In this document: positions 19,026 to 29,453 of the stretch, piece by piece | Layout: every line of letters begins with the position of its first letter | Numbering within the stretch: the stretch's first letter is position 1 | NCBI GenBank assembly: GCA_965369705.1 | Contig: CBDURF010000001.1 | Location: 3,361 to 67,360 of the forward strand | Origin: an uncultured bacterium | GTDB taxonomy: Bacteria > Krumholzibacteriota > Krumholzibacteriia > LZORAL124-64-63 | Direction: 5' to 3' | DNA: 64,000 nucleotides | Made by a program: the position numbers and the translations under genes | Notes under the pieces: generated by a model | Databases searched by the model: none | Seen by the model: the letters and a program-made list of their open reading frames with translations, nothing else | What the model was told of the DNA's origin: nothing

Positions 19026-21377
19026 TCAATCCACCGACACCAGGGGGGCGAAGCGGGGATTGATGTGCTTGCGGCCGGCCTCGTGGAAATCGACCGTCAC
19101 CATCATATCGTCGCCCATGCCCTCGACCCGGGCCACCACGCCGGACCCGAAAATGCCGTGCGACACGGTCTGGCCCTCGTAGAAGGGGGCGTCCTGTACG
19201 ATCTCCTCGTCCCAGCCGCCACCCGCGGGCCCCACCCGGCTGGGCCCCGACTGTCCGGGTCCCGACCGCCGGCCCCATTCCTCGGGGCGAACCGGCTTGG
19301 ACACCGAGTGCTGCCGGGATCCCGCCGAGCGCCGGTTCCGACCGACTGGACCGCCGGCCATGCCGCCGCCTGCGCCACTGCCTGCACCGCCGCCTGCGCC
19401 GAACAGGGTCCGCGCAATCGGGGCCTGAACCCAGTCTCCGCTATCCAGATGCCGCCGTTCGATCAAGCCGTCGGGGATCTCGGCCAGGAACCTCGAGGGC
19501 AGGCTTTCCTGCCAGACGCCGAAGCGACGGCGCCGGGCGGCGTGCAGAAGATAGATCCTCTTCTCGGCCCTGGTCATCGCGACGTAGAACAGCCGGCGCT
19601 CCTCTTCCAGCCCGGCTTCGTCCTCGGTGCTGTTGATGTGGGGCAGGATGTCGTCCTCGCACCCGGTAATCACCACCACGGGGAATTCGAGTCCCTTGGC
19701 GGTATGGATGGTCATCAGACGGACGACCCCCTCCCCGTCCACGATGGTGTCGGGGTCCGAAACCAGGGCCACCTGTTCGAGAAACTGGTCCAGCGGGCCG
19801 CCACCCGAGGATTCGTGGAAACTGGCGGCCGCGTTGACCAGTTCGGCCACATTCTCGTTGCGGGAGCCTGCCGTGTCCGGGTCGTCCATCTCCAGAAAAC
19901 CCTGGTAGCCGATGTCCTTCATGATCCGCGCCAGGATCTCGTGTACGGGTTCGCCATCGGCCGCCAGCATCCGCCAGCGCACCGCCATGTCGAAAAAGAC
20001 CCGCACCCGCCGGCAGGCCGCCGGGGCGATTTCCTGTTCCAGCAGACCGTCGCGGGCGGCTGTTTCGCCCAAGGTCAGTTCTTCACGGGCAGCCAGGCTG
20101 ACCAGGCGGCCAACCGTGGTGTCGCCGATCTTCCGTTTGGGCATGTTGATCACCCGCTGGATGGAGATCAGGTCCGCGGGGTTGGCCACCATCTTCAGGT
20201 AGGCCATCAGGTCGCGGACCTCCTTGCGGTCGTAGAAATGAAGACTGCCCACGATCTGGTAGGGCAGCGAGGCGCGCCGGAGGCCGTCCTCCAGCACCCG
20301 GGACTGGGCGTTGGTACGGTACAGGACGGTCACGTCGCCCCGGACCATACCCGCGCTGGTTTCGGCCCGGATGATGTCCACCAGTCGCGCGGCTTCGTCC
20401 TCGTCGTCGAAGAATTCCTCTTCGCACAGGAGGTCGCCCTCGGCTCCACTGGTCCACAGATTCTTGCCCTTGCGCTGCTTGTTGTGGGCGATGACCGCGT
20501 TCGCCGCCTTCAGGATACGCCCGGTGCTGCGGTAGTTCTGCTCCAGCCGGAAGGTGACCGCGCCGGGGAAAAAATCGTCGAAATCGAGCATGTTCTCGAT
20601 TCGGGCGCCGCGCCAGGAGTAGATGGACTGGTCATCGTCCCCCACCACGAACAGGTTGCCGTGCACACAGGTCATGAGCTTGACCAGCACCAGTTGCAGA
20701 GGATTCGTGTCCTGGAACTCGTCAACCAAAACGTGCCGGAACTTCTGCGCGTACTTGAGCCGGACCGACTCGACCTGCTCCAGCAGATGCACCGTACGCA
20801 GGATGAGATCGTCGAAGTCCAGGGCGTTGCACTTGATCAGGGCCGCCTGGTAGCCCTCGTAGATCGACGCGTATTTCTCGTCGACGAAGGACCTGGCCAG
20901 TGATTTCGCCTTGGCCGGATCAAGGTCGTCGTTTTTCCACTTGCTGACCACCGAGCGGGTTGCGTTGGGTGTGAACTGCTTGGGATCGATGTTCAGGTCG
21001 GCCATGACCTGCTTGAGCAGGCGCTTGCTGTCGTCGGTGTCGAAGATCGAGAACCCGGGCTGGATGCCGATGTGCGCCCCGTCGGAGCGCAGGATCTTCA
21101 GACCGGTGGCGTGGAAGGTGCCGATCCAGAAGGGTACGTCCCGACCGTCCAGGCTGCGGGCCACCCTTTCCTTCATCTGTTTCGCGGCCCGGTTGGTGAA
21201 GGTGAAGGCCAGGATCTCGCCGGGGTACACGTTCTTTTCGGCCATCAGCCAGGCCACGCGCGTGGTCAGGACCCGGGTCTTGCCGCTTCCGGCCCCGGCG
21301 ACCACCAGCACCGGGCCGTCCGGGGCGGTCACCGCGGCGGACTGGGCGTCGTTCATCTGGTCGAGGATGTCGTTCAA
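19026..21377 (-). CDS. pcrA: ATP-dependent DNA helicase, UvrD/PcrA family
   Basis: GAGSGKT Walker A, DEFQDTN, Tudor-like C-terminal tail; 783 aa. Confidence 0.9.
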   Translation of the reverse strand: MNDILDQMNDAQSAAVTAPDGPVLVVAGAGSGKTRVLTTRVAWLMAEKNVYPGEILAFTFTNRAAKQMKERVARSLDGRDVPFWIGTFHATGLKILRSDGAHIGIQPGFSIFDTDDSKRLLKQVMADLNIDPKQFTPNATRSVVSKWKNDDLDPAKAKSLARSFVDEKYASIYEGYQAALIKCNALDFDDLILRTVHLLEQVESVRLKYAQKFRHVLVDEFQDTNPLQLVLVKLMTCVHGNLFVVGDDDQSIYSWRGARIENMLDFDDFFPGAVTFRLEQNYRSTGRILKAANAVIAHNKQRKGKNLWTSGAEGDLLCEEEFFDDEDEAARLVDIIRAETSAGMVRGDVTVLYRTNAQSRVLEDGLRRASLPYQIVGSLHFYDRKEVRDLMAYLKMVANPADLISIQRVINMPKRKIGDTTVGRLVSLAAREELTLGETAARDGLLEQEIAPAACRRVRVFFDMAVRWRMLAADGEPVHEILARIMKDIGYQGFLEMDDPDTAGSRNENVAELVNAAASFHESSGGGPLDQFLEQVALVSDPDTIVDGEGVVRLMTIHTAKGLEFPVVVITGCEDDILPHINSTEDEAGLEEERRLFYVAMTRAEKRIYLLHAARRRRFGVWQESLPSRFLAEIPDGLIERRHLDSGDWVQAPIARTLFGAGGGAGSGAGGGMAGGPVGRNRRSAGSRQHSVSKPVRPEEWGRRSGPGQSGPSRVGPAGGGWDEEIVQDAPFYEGQTVSHGIFGSGVVARVEGMGDDMMVTVDFHEAGRKHINPRFAPLVSVD

Positions 21378-21398
21378 GGCTGCTCCATCAGGGAAGGG

Positions 21399-24300
21399 TC
21401 AATATTCGAAACGGTATTTGAGATCAAGATTGTAGGTCGACTCACCCTGGTTCTCGTCGATGCGCCGCCGGACCTCCGACTGCAGAAGCAGATGCTGGTT
21501 GATCTGGTACTCCACGATGAAATCGCGGTCGTCCTGCCGGATGCCCTGGGCGTATTTGAGGTACAGGTCCGAGCCGATGTACTTGCCCACGCCGATCAAG
21601 GGGTCCAGGCCCGGATTCCCGGTTTCGCTTTGGCGTTGGATCTGATCGATCTCGAAGGTATCGAAGATGTCGAGTTCCCGGGCGATCTCCCTTTCGACGA
21701 TGTTGAAGCCCGCGGCGATCGAGGTGTTGGCCAGCCGGGCGGAATCGCCTTCGGGCGAGGCGTGGGGTTCGAGGCCCACCAGCATGCGCTGGATGGCTTC
21801 GCGGGAATATCCGCGTTCCGACGTGAACTGGATGTCCGGGCCGGACAGGGGACCGGTGACGTGAACGCCGATGATCTCGATGATGCTGTTGCTCGAGTGC
21901 TGGCTGCGCATACGGTATTTCGTCACGGCGTCCAGATCGACTCGCGGGTCGAATCCCAGTTCACTGCTGAAATCCAGGCGCCCCCGCTGAACCTCGAAAT
22001 TATTGTTGAAGACGATCAGGCGTCCGGAGTTGACATCCAGGGAGCCCCGCAGATAGAGCCCTTCTTCGCTGCGAATCAGGTCGAGATCGCCCCCCATGAA
22101 GAGTTCCAGTTCACGATTGATTATGGTGGCCACCCGCGGCTGGGCGTGAAGACGCAGGTCCGCCAGCCAATCGGGGGCCACCGTGGCCCCCAGGGGATCA
22201 TTCCCGCCTCCGCTCTCGCTGAAACTCCCCACGTAGCGGGCCTTGATGATCTCCAGGTCGCCGCTGAACTTGGGCACCAGGGTCCTGTCCGGGCCCACCG
22301 CCACGCTGGTCAACCGTCCGCCCTCTCCACTGACGATCACCGCCAATTCGGGAATGGAGGCCACCAGGAAACGGTCCAGATCCATCTCGATATCGAAGGA
22401 TTTCATCTCCAGCCCGTTGAACCGGACCAGGCCCTCCCCCACGAAGGTGCCGCGCAGACCCTCGTTGCCCCGGATGTTGAAGACCTTCAGCTCGTCGCCC
22501 CGGAAGATGCCGTCGAGGGAGACCTCGTGGTAGACCTCCTGGAGATTCCGCAGGACAAAACCGGCGTCTCTGACCTCCAGGGTTCCCTGGTAGAGGGGAT
22601 GTTCCAGCGGCCCGGAGATGATGACGTGGGCGCCGAAGGTGCCACTGGTGGTGATGAACGCGTTGGTGGCCTGGGCCAGGGGTCCCAGGCTGCTGCCCCA
22701 GGGAATGTCCACCTGCATGAAGAAGGGTCTGTCCAGGGGCGAGGTGGGCTCGTTCATCAGATCCAGAACGAGGGGAATCTCGATCCGGCCGGTCATGACG
22801 AGATCCTTCTTGCGGCCCATGAGATCGCCCAGGACCATCGACTTGTTGTCGACCCATACCTCGCTGGACAATTCGTCGAAGTGGAGCCAATGGACGTGGA
22901 AGGGCGCGCTGTGGAGTTGGCCCCGGATCAGGGGTTCGCGGACACTGCCGGCCACGCGCAGGTTCCCGTTGAAGCGACCCGCCAGTCGGTCAAGGGCGGG
23001 CAGGGCGAACTGGTCGAGGAAGGCCCAGTCGCCCTCGGTGATCTCCAAGTCGAGATCCAGATCGGCCCCGGCCCAGTAATCCTCGACGCCTGCCCCTGGG
23101 TCCGACACCGTCCCCTCGCCCGTGACCCGGCCGAAATTCGTCCGCAGGTCGAGTTCCTGGAAATCGATGACGCCCTCGCTGAAACCAGCCGTCACATGCA
23201 GGGAGTGCACGTCGGCCAGGACGAAGGGAGCATCCAGGAGGTCTGCGGTCAAATTGACCTGCGGTGACGCTGGTTCGCCTCCCACCACGATGTCCGCGGT
23301 CATCCGGCCGGCAAGGTCGTGCTCGGTTCGGATGAAGGGATTCAGCAGGCCGAGGTCGAAACTCTCCAGCTGCAGGGTGCCCGCCACCACCTCGTCCCGC
23401 TCGAACAGGCCGCTGACGGAAATGGCGCCCTGGTCCGAGGCGAGCCGCATCCCCGGCAGCGAAAAATGGCCGCTCCCCACGGAGAAGCGCACGGTCTCGT
23501 CGATGGCCCAGCGGGTGCCCTCCAGGTCCACCTGGAATTTTTCCACCTGGATTTGACTGACCGAGTCCGCGTAGTCCGCCTGGAAACGGAGGAAGATGCT
23601 GGTGTCACCCAGGTCCGTTCGGAAGGAATCGACCCGGGCGCTGGCCGGACCGGCCGTTCCCCACAGGCTGAAATCGCCGAAGGGAACGTCGCCGAGGGAA
23701 AAGTCCCGACCGTCGATGCCGGCTGTGATCATCTGCTCGCCCAGGAGGTCGTCCACCACCAGGGCGACCTCGGCGGATCCGGCGCCCAGCGGGCCCAGGC
23801 CGAATTCATACAGGTTGACCCAGCCCGCGAAGGACAGGGCGTCCAGCGGGCCCTTCACCGCACCCTGACCGTTAAGGCGACCCGTGGTGGGCGGCAGGCG
23901 CCAATCCGGCGGCAGCGTGCCGATGTCCTCGGAGTTGATGCTCACGTAACCGTCGAATACCCCGGCGGTGTCCGACACCCCCTCAAGCATGCCGTGAAGG
24001 TTGCGGTACATGATCTCGATCCGGTTGAAGAACACCGAATCCCCGACCGCGATCACGTCCACGTAGCAGGTATCGAAGGGCATGATCTCGATGAAGCCGT
24101 CGTTCAGCACACCGGTGACTCGGGTCCATTCGGGCAGGTCGGTATGCTCGATGCGCAGTCGGCCGGTTCCACCGGTGCGGGGCATCTCCTCTTCGCCGGG
24201 CACCAGACCCTTGGCCATGTCCACGTCCCGGACGTCCCCCTCCAGCACGAAGGAGACAGACAGTTCGTTCCGGATGTCGAACCGTCCCCGGCCCTCGAAG

Positions 24301-25259
24301 CTCGCCCCGTTGATGTTGCCGATCATGTCTTCGAGCAGAACCTCTTCGTTGGTAATGACCGCGCGGCCGGACAGATCCCGCACCTCGTAACCCTCCACTT
24401 CACCCGTGAAGACACCTTGGTAGAAAACCGTGTCGTCCACCCTGGTGAAGGTTCCGGTGATGTCGCCGGCGGCCGCGAAGCCGAGGGCCTGGTCGATCAG
24501 GTTTTCCACTTCTCCCACCGAAACGCCCCGGCCCTCAACTTCGATGTCCAGGTCGCCGTCCCACTTGCGGCCACCACTGATGCGGACCGGGTGACCGTTC
24601 ACCGAGCCGGTCAGACCGGCGACCTCCACCCCCAGGGGGCCCACGGTCACCTCGCCGCGCAGACCGGTCAACACGCTCTGGTGGGTTTCCCACTCGACGT
24701 CGCACCCCCGCAGGAGGACACGCAGTTCGTCTCCGGTACGAACCTCTCCCTGCAGATCGATGCGTGGGATCCGCTGGACGAGCCGCCCGCCGGAATCGGA
24801 AAACTCGAGAAAGGCGTCCCGCACGATCAGGTGGTCGATCAACAGCGAGGGCAGCCCCAGATCTATGGTGTCGGAATCTTTCCCGCTGGAAGTGTCGGTG
24901 CCGGCCATGGAATAGATCTCGGGCCTGGCGACGGTAACCCTGCGCAGGTGCGGAACGGTCCCCAGGACCTCCCGGAGATTGAAATCCACGGTCACCGTGT
25001 CCGCCGACATCAGGGTCAGACCGCCGGACTTGGCCGGCAGGGTCAGCGAAACTCCGTACAGATCGAGCCCCTCGAAGGGGCGGACCCGGAAATCGCGGAC
25101 CCGCAGTCCCCCCTCCTCGATACGCAACAGGTGCCGGCTGACCAGGTTCGAAGTGTACGGCGCCACCAGCCAGGGGTGAGAGCCCAGCCAGTACACCACC
25201 CCGGCGATCACCAGCCAGGCAACGATAAGAGGGAGTTTCTGTGGTCTCACCCAGCGCAT
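21399..25259 (-). CDS. tamB: translocation/assembly module protein TamB (AsmA-like, C-terminal DUF490)
   Basis: N-terminal TM anchor, 1286 aa of repetitive beta-rich sequence, C-terminal ...LDLKYRFEY. Its start overlaps the upstream Omp85 stop codon (TGATG). Confidence 0.8.
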   Translation of the reverse strand: MRWVRPQKLPLIVAWLVIAGVVYWLGSHPWLVAPYTSNLVSRHLLRIEEGGLRVRDFRVRPFEGLDLYGVSLTLPAKSGGLTLMSADTVTVDFNLREVLGTVPHLRRVTVARPEIYSMAGTDTSSGKDSDTIDLGLPSLLIDHLIVRDAFLEFSDSGGRLVQRIPRIDLQGEVRTGDELRVLLRGCDVEWETHQSVLTGLRGEVTVGPLGVEVAGLTGSVNGHPVRISGGRKWDGDLDIEVEGRGVSVGEVENLIDQALGFAAAGDITGTFTRVDDTVFYQGVFTGEVEGYEVRDLSGRAVITNEEVLLEDMIGNINGASFEGRGRFDIRNELSVSFVLEGDVRDVDMAKGLVPGEEEMPRTGGTGRLRIEHTDLPEWTRVTGVLNDGFIEIMPFDTCYVDVIAVGDSVFFNRIEIMYRNLHGMLEGVSDTAGVFDGYVSINSEDIGTLPPDWRLPPTTGRLNGQGAVKGPLDALSFAGWVNLYEFGLGPLGAGSAEVALVVDDLLGEQMITAGIDGRDFSLGDVPFGDFSLWGTAGPASARVDSFRTDLGDTSIFLRFQADYADSVSQIQVEKFQVDLEGTRWAIDETVRFSVGSGHFSLPGMRLASDQGAISVSGLFERDEVVAGTLQLESFDLGLLNPFIRTEHDLAGRMTADIVVGGEPASPQVNLTADLLDAPFVLADVHSLHVTAGFSEGVIDFQELDLRTNFGRVTGEGTVSDPGAGVEDYWAGADLDLDLEITEGDWAFLDQFALPALDRLAGRFNGNLRVAGSVREPLIRGQLHSAPFHVHWLHFDELSSEVWVDNKSMVLGDLMGRKKDLVMTGRIEIPLVLDLMNEPTSPLDRPFFMQVDIPWGSSLGPLAQATNAFITTSGTFGAHVIISGPLEHPLYQGTLEVRDAGFVLRNLQEVYHEVSLDGIFRGDELKVFNIRGNEGLRGTFVGEGLVRFNGLEMKSFDIEMDLDRFLVASIPELAVIVSGEGGRLTSVAVGPDRTLVPKFSGDLEIIKARYVGSFSESGGGNDPLGATVAPDWLADLRLHAQPRVATIINRELELFMGGDLDLIRSEEGLYLRGSLDVNSGRLIVFNNNFEVQRGRLDFSSELGFDPRVDLDAVTKYRMRSQHSSNSIIEIIGVHVTGPLSGPDIQFTSERGYSREAIQRMLVGLEPHASPEGDSARLANTSIAAGFNIVEREIARELDIFDTFEIDQIQRQSETGNPGLDPLIGVGKYIGSDLYLKYAQGIRQDDRDFIVEYQINQHLLLQSEVRRRIDENQGESTYNLDLKYRFEY

Positions 25260-27415
25260 CAGAACGGATACCCCAAGGAAAAATGCCAGATGGTCTTCGG
25301 GTCCTGGACATCACGGGTTTCACTCACGTAACGCACGCGTTTCAGGGGGAAGCCCACATCAACGCGGACAGGTCCGAAGGGAGTGTCGAAACGGATGCCG
25401 GTCCCGTAACTGTAACGATAATCCCAATCCTTAGTTGACGCCGGATCCTGGGGATCGCCAGGTTCGGAGGTCGGCCGGAACCCCCTCATCCGCACATCAC
25501 TCAACTGGGCCCAAACGTTCCCACCCTCGAAGAAGAATACGCTGGAGAACTTCCAGCGCCGCAACAAGGGCAGGGGGAAACGCCACTCCACGTTGGTCAG
25601 CATCAGGTAGTTTCCGCCGCGGGCGGGATTGTCGGGCAACAACACGTCCGACGAGTAGTTGAGACGGTCCAGTTCATCCTGGTCCGTCACCTGTGGACCC
25701 AGGGAATTGTGGCGGTAGCCGCGCACGGTCGAGGAACCCCCGGCGAAAAAGCGGTCGTCGTAGGGCACGCCGTCGGGTCCCTGGTCCAGTGATCGACCGT
25801 AGGGCCGGGTGCCGCCCACCATGAACCGCAGGGCGAGGATTCCCCCGACGGGGGTCTCGTGGTAATTGTGCCAGGCGGTGGACCATTTGAAGAAGCTGAA
25901 ATCCCCGCCCATGAGGCCGCCGGCCAGCTTGGCCGTGACCACGGTGTACATGCCCCGGGTGGGCTGAAACAGATCGTCCCGGTGGTCGATGTAGATGGCC
26001 CAGTTTATCGAACGGGTCTGGTCCGAGGTTGCGCCGAGTTCATCGAAACGCACCTTCAGGCTGTCCGGCGCGTAGGGATGCACGGTCGGTGAGGTCACCT
26101 TCAGGCCCAGGTAGGCGTTGTTGGTCACCCGGCGACTGGCCTTCCAGGTCGTGCCCACGTTGAAACCGTTGCTGACCATGTTCAGGCCGGACTCGCCGCG
26201 GGTTTCACGTTTCGTGTAAAGGTCGAGGAAGAAACTGTAGCGACTATTGCGGATATGGGGATTTACGTACTCGGCGTCCACGCGGTAATTGATCTGGCCC
26301 TGGTCGAACCTGATGGGGTTGCCCACCACGTCCTCAACGTTCCAGGAAACGCGGGTGCGGATCTGGAACCGCCGGCCTGTCCCCCACAGGTTGTAGTGTC
26401 CCCAGGAGGCCAGGACCCGGATCCTCTCCAGGCTTCCCACCCCCACGCCGAACTCGTAGAAAGCGGGTTTGCGTTCGATGACCCTGACCAACAGATCCGC
26501 CCTGCCCAGCGTGGTGTCCACCGCCACCGGCACGATGGTGACGTCCCGGAACAGGGAAGTGGCCAACAGCTGGCGTCGCGAATCTTCGACCAGTTGCCAG
26601 TACAGGGGCTGGCCTTCGGTGATCAGCAGTTCCCGGCGCAACAGGTTGTCGTGGGTCATTACGTTGCCGGCCAGTCTGATCCTCCCGACGGTGTAGTCGT
26701 GACCCGGCTTGATGTGGTAGATGATGAAAGCCAGGTAGCCGGGACCGTCCGGAACTTTGGCGATGGTCATTTCCGGCCTGACGGCGGCATCGAGATAGGT
26801 CTCCTTCCGGTACAGGTCGCGGATGGCGTAGATGTCGCCCCCGAAGGCGTTCAGATCCGCGGGGGCGGGCTGGTCCTCGAGCAGGTACATGGCCTCCCGT
26901 AACCGCGCCTCCGAAATTGGTCCGTTACCCTCGAAGGTCACGCGACCGATAAGCGTACGCGGACCCTCCACGATGGAGATGTGCAGAACATCCCCTTCCT
27001 GGGCAATGGTGGAAATGGAATCCAGGCGGGCGGAAATCTGATGGAACCCGCGGTTGCGGTAGAATGTTTCCAGCAGGTGGACCTGGGTATCCACCAGGTG
27101 GGGCCGGTATTTCGCGACGTGCAGGGGGCGCGTCCAGGTGGCTTCCTGGATCCGCAGCAGCTTTTTGAGTTCGCCAGCGGAATAAGACGTGTTGCCGGTG
27201 ATTTCGATCCGGGACAGACGATGCGTTTCCAGGCCGTAGTCCAGTTCCTCATCGGCCAAGGCGGTACGGGGGAAAGAGCCCAGCAGGCACAAGGCGCAGA
27301 CAACAACCGGGACCAGGCGGACACCCAGTCCCCGCCGGGTGGCAGCCGGGGAACCGGAACGACGGCTCGAGGCCGGCCTTCGCAGTCCGTTGTCTGGCGA
27401 CTCGCCCATTTTCAA
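25259..27415 (-). CDS. Omp85-family outer-membrane protein (BamA/TamA-like, partner of TamB)
   Basis: Signal peptide, POTRA repeats, C-terminal beta-barrel ending ...WHFSLGYPF. Confidence 0.85.
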   Translation of the reverse strand: MKMGESPDNGLRRPASSRRSGSPAATRRGLGVRLVPVVVCALCLLGSFPRTALADEELDYGLETHRLSRIEITGNTSYSAGELKKLLRIQEATWTRPLHVAKYRPHLVDTQVHLLETFYRNRGFHQISARLDSISTIAQEGDVLHISIVEGPRTLIGRVTFEGNGPISEARLREAMYLLEDQPAPADLNAFGGDIYAIRDLYRKETYLDAAVRPEMTIAKVPDGPGYLAFIIYHIKPGHDYTVGRIRLAGNVMTHDNLLRRELLITEGQPLYWQLVEDSRRQLLATSLFRDVTIVPVAVDTTLGRADLLVRVIERKPAFYEFGVGVGSLERIRVLASWGHYNLWGTGRRFQIRTRVSWNVEDVVGNPIRFDQGQINYRVDAEYVNPHIRNSRYSFFLDLYTKRETRGESGLNMVSNGFNVGTTWKASRRVTNNAYLGLKVTSPTVHPYAPDSLKVRFDELGATSDQTRSINWAIYIDHRDDLFQPTRGMYTVVTAKLAGGLMGGDFSFFKWSTAWHNYHETPVGGILALRFMVGGTRPYGRSLDQGPDGVPYDDRFFAGGSSTVRGYRHNSLGPQVTDQDELDRLNYSSDVLLPDNPARGGNYLMLTNVEWRFPLPLLRRWKFSSVFFFEGGNVWAQLSDVRMRGFRPTSEPGDPQDPASTKDWDYRYSYGTGIRFDTPFGPVRVDVGFPLKRVRYVSETRDVQDPKTIWHFSLGYPF

Positions 27416-27592
27416 ATCACTGCTCCATCCGGCGCCCGTACCCGGTAATTGTCGTGGAAATTCCGGGACGCTGATGTTATGTCCTTGTCAAAGCTCACCC
27501 AGGGAACGGTCCCGAACACTTTCCCCGGGCCCGGGACCGCTCCCGGCAACCAGGGTGACAATCACCGCAAACTCTGACCGGGAAACACGACC

Positions 27593-28015
27593 ATGACGAC
27601 AAGATTCCCTTCCCGCCGCTTGTTCATCCTGCTCCTGCTGCCGGGCCTGATTCCGGCCGCGGGGTGCGAGAAGAACGACGCCCCTTTGACCTTGGCCGAC
27701 CTCTCCGGGGACGAATATGTTTTCGTGGAGCGCATGGTCATCCTGGAACGGGCCAAAACAGTGGCTCTCCTGGACCGCGAGACCGGTGATGCGCTCCTGG
27801 ACTCCCTGGCCGTGGCCTGGGGTGACAGCTCACTGCCCCTGACCCTGGCCGGTGTCCCTCTGGATCCGGTCCGCTCCGAGGCGGTCGGCGCCCTGCTCCG
27901 CCGCGTGATCGAGGCCGAACAGGAGTCCCTGTTGACCTCCACCGGTCTGGACCGGCTGGACCGGCCTCTGCCGGACCCCGAGCCCGCCCCGCCGGACGCG
28001 CCCCCCGAATCCTAG
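27593..28015 (+). CDS. predicted lipoprotein (lipobox LIPAAGC) with Pro-rich acidic tail
   Basis: MTTRFPSRRLFILLLLPGLIPAAGC signal/lipobox; no recognisable domain. Confidence 0.45.
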   Translation: MTTRFPSRRLFILLLLPGLIPAAGCEKNDAPLTLADLSGDEYVFVERMVILERAKTVALLDRETGDALLDSLAVAWGDSSLPLTLAGVPLDPVRSEAVGALLRRVIEAEQESLLTSTGLDRLDRPLPDPEPAPPDAPPES

Positions 28016-28031
28016 CAGGGGTCGCACCGGG

Positions 28032-29444
28032 TCAATGTCCCGTCACCTTCCAGACGTCGAGCACCACGACGAAGGTCATGAACAAAAGCAGGATGATCAG
28101 GCCCACCTGCGTGGCGATGGCCTGCAGCTTTTCGGGCACCGGTTTTCCGCCCCTGGCCACCTCGAGCAGCAGGAACAGCACGTGTCCCCCATCCAGGACC
28201 GGAATGGGCATCAGGTTCAACAGGAACAGGTTGATGGAGAAGAAGGCGACGAAGTACATCAGGTGCGAAAAACTCCAGCTCAACATCTCCCCGGCGGCCT
28301 GGCCGATCCGCAGGGGCCCACCCACGGCGTCCAGGCCGAGCCTGCGGAAAACGAAATCCCGCAGCACGCTCACGGTGACCTGGATGGTCCCGATGGTCCG
28401 TTGGTACCCGAGGACCACGGCCGTGCCGAAACCGACCTTCTCGTAGGCGAAGAAGGGTTCCATGAAGATGCGGCCCTTCATCACGCCCGGTTCGATTTCC
28501 TTGAGTTCCGGCACCACCGCACCGCTCATCCGCAGTCCGTCCCGGATCCAGACGATCTCCAAGGACTGTTCCGGATGGTCGTTGATGATACGGGCGATAT
28601 TGCTGAATGAGGTCACGGTCTGGCCCATCACGGACTGGACCACGTCTCCCGGACGAAGACCGAGCATCGCGGCGGGACCGTTCCTTCTCACCAGGCCGAC
28701 CGTCGTGTTCCAGACTTCCAGCCCCAGCGACCAGTAACCCGCTCCCTCATCGAACACCGGTTGCAGTTCGAGGGTCACCTTCCCATCTTCTCGCCTGACT
28801 TCCACCGCCGAGGGAGGCACCGTCCCTGTCTTCCGCAGTTCCACCGGGACCAGGGCCTCTTCGACCTCTCCCCAGTTTTCCATGGCTCGGCCGTTGACCT
28901 TCAGGATCTTGTCTCCGACCTGGAAACCCGCGACCTCGGCCGGAGAATCGACCCGGACATCACCCACGGTGGTGAAGGGAATGTTCTGCAGGCCGTTGCT
29001 CAGGACAAGCCCCGTATAGAGCACGAACGCCAGCACCAGGTTGAACAGGGGCCCGGCGATGAAAACGAACAACCGCTGCCACGCGGGCCGGGAGTTCAGA
29101 AGCCGGTGGGGCGGAATGTGGTCATCTATGCCCGCGGCCTCGGCGTTGCCTTCCTCGGTGCCCAGGGGATACTTCCTTTCCTCCCAGGTCCCGGTGTCCT
29201 GGATCTCCTCCATGACCCCCTCGCCCGCCATCTTGACGTAGCCGCCGAACGGGATGGCCGACAGGACGTATTCGGTCTCCCCCCAACGCTTGCGGAGAAA
29301 CTTGGGGCCGATACCGATGGAGAAGGTCTTCACGTAGATCCCGAACAGCTTGCAAAACAGGAAATGCCCGAGTTCGTGAACGATGACCACGAGTCCCAGG
29401 GTCAGCAGGAAGGCGAATATCGTGGTGATGATGTTGCTGGACAA
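28032..29444 (-). CDS. rseP: RIP (site-2) metalloprotease RseP
   Basis: HELGHFLF HExxH in TM1, PDZ region, LDGG motif. Confidence 0.9.
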   Translation of the reverse strand: MSSNIITTIFAFLLTLGLVVIVHELGHFLFCKLFGIYVKTFSIGIGPKFLRKRWGETEYVLSAIPFGGYVKMAGEGVMEEIQDTGTWEERKYPLGTEEGNAEAAGIDDHIPPHRLLNSRPAWQRLFVFIAGPLFNLVLAFVLYTGLVLSNGLQNIPFTTVGDVRVDSPAEVAGFQVGDKILKVNGRAMENWGEVEEALVPVELRKTGTVPPSAVEVRREDGKVTLELQPVFDEGAGYWSLGLEVWNTTVGLVRRNGPAAMLGLRPGDVVQSVMGQTVTSFSNIARIINDHPEQSLEIVWIRDGLRMSGAVVPELKEIEPGVMKGRIFMEPFFAYEKVGFGTAVVLGYQRTIGTIQVTVSVLRDFVFRRLGLDAVGGPLRIGQAAGEMLSWSFSHLMYFVAFFSINLFLLNLMPIPVLDGGHVLFLLLEVARGGKPVPEKLQAIATQVGLIILLLFMTFVVVLDVWKVTGH

Positions 29445-29453
29445 TTTCGACCT

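Noticed and set aside
21399-27415. Considered whether the Omp85 + TamB pair could be a two-partner secretion or toxin-export system.
   Set aside because: POTRA plus beta-barrel, and a DUF490 C-terminus with an N-terminal anchor, match the housekeeping TamA/BamA-TamB outer-membrane assembly module. No TpsA-like cargo gene is adjacent.
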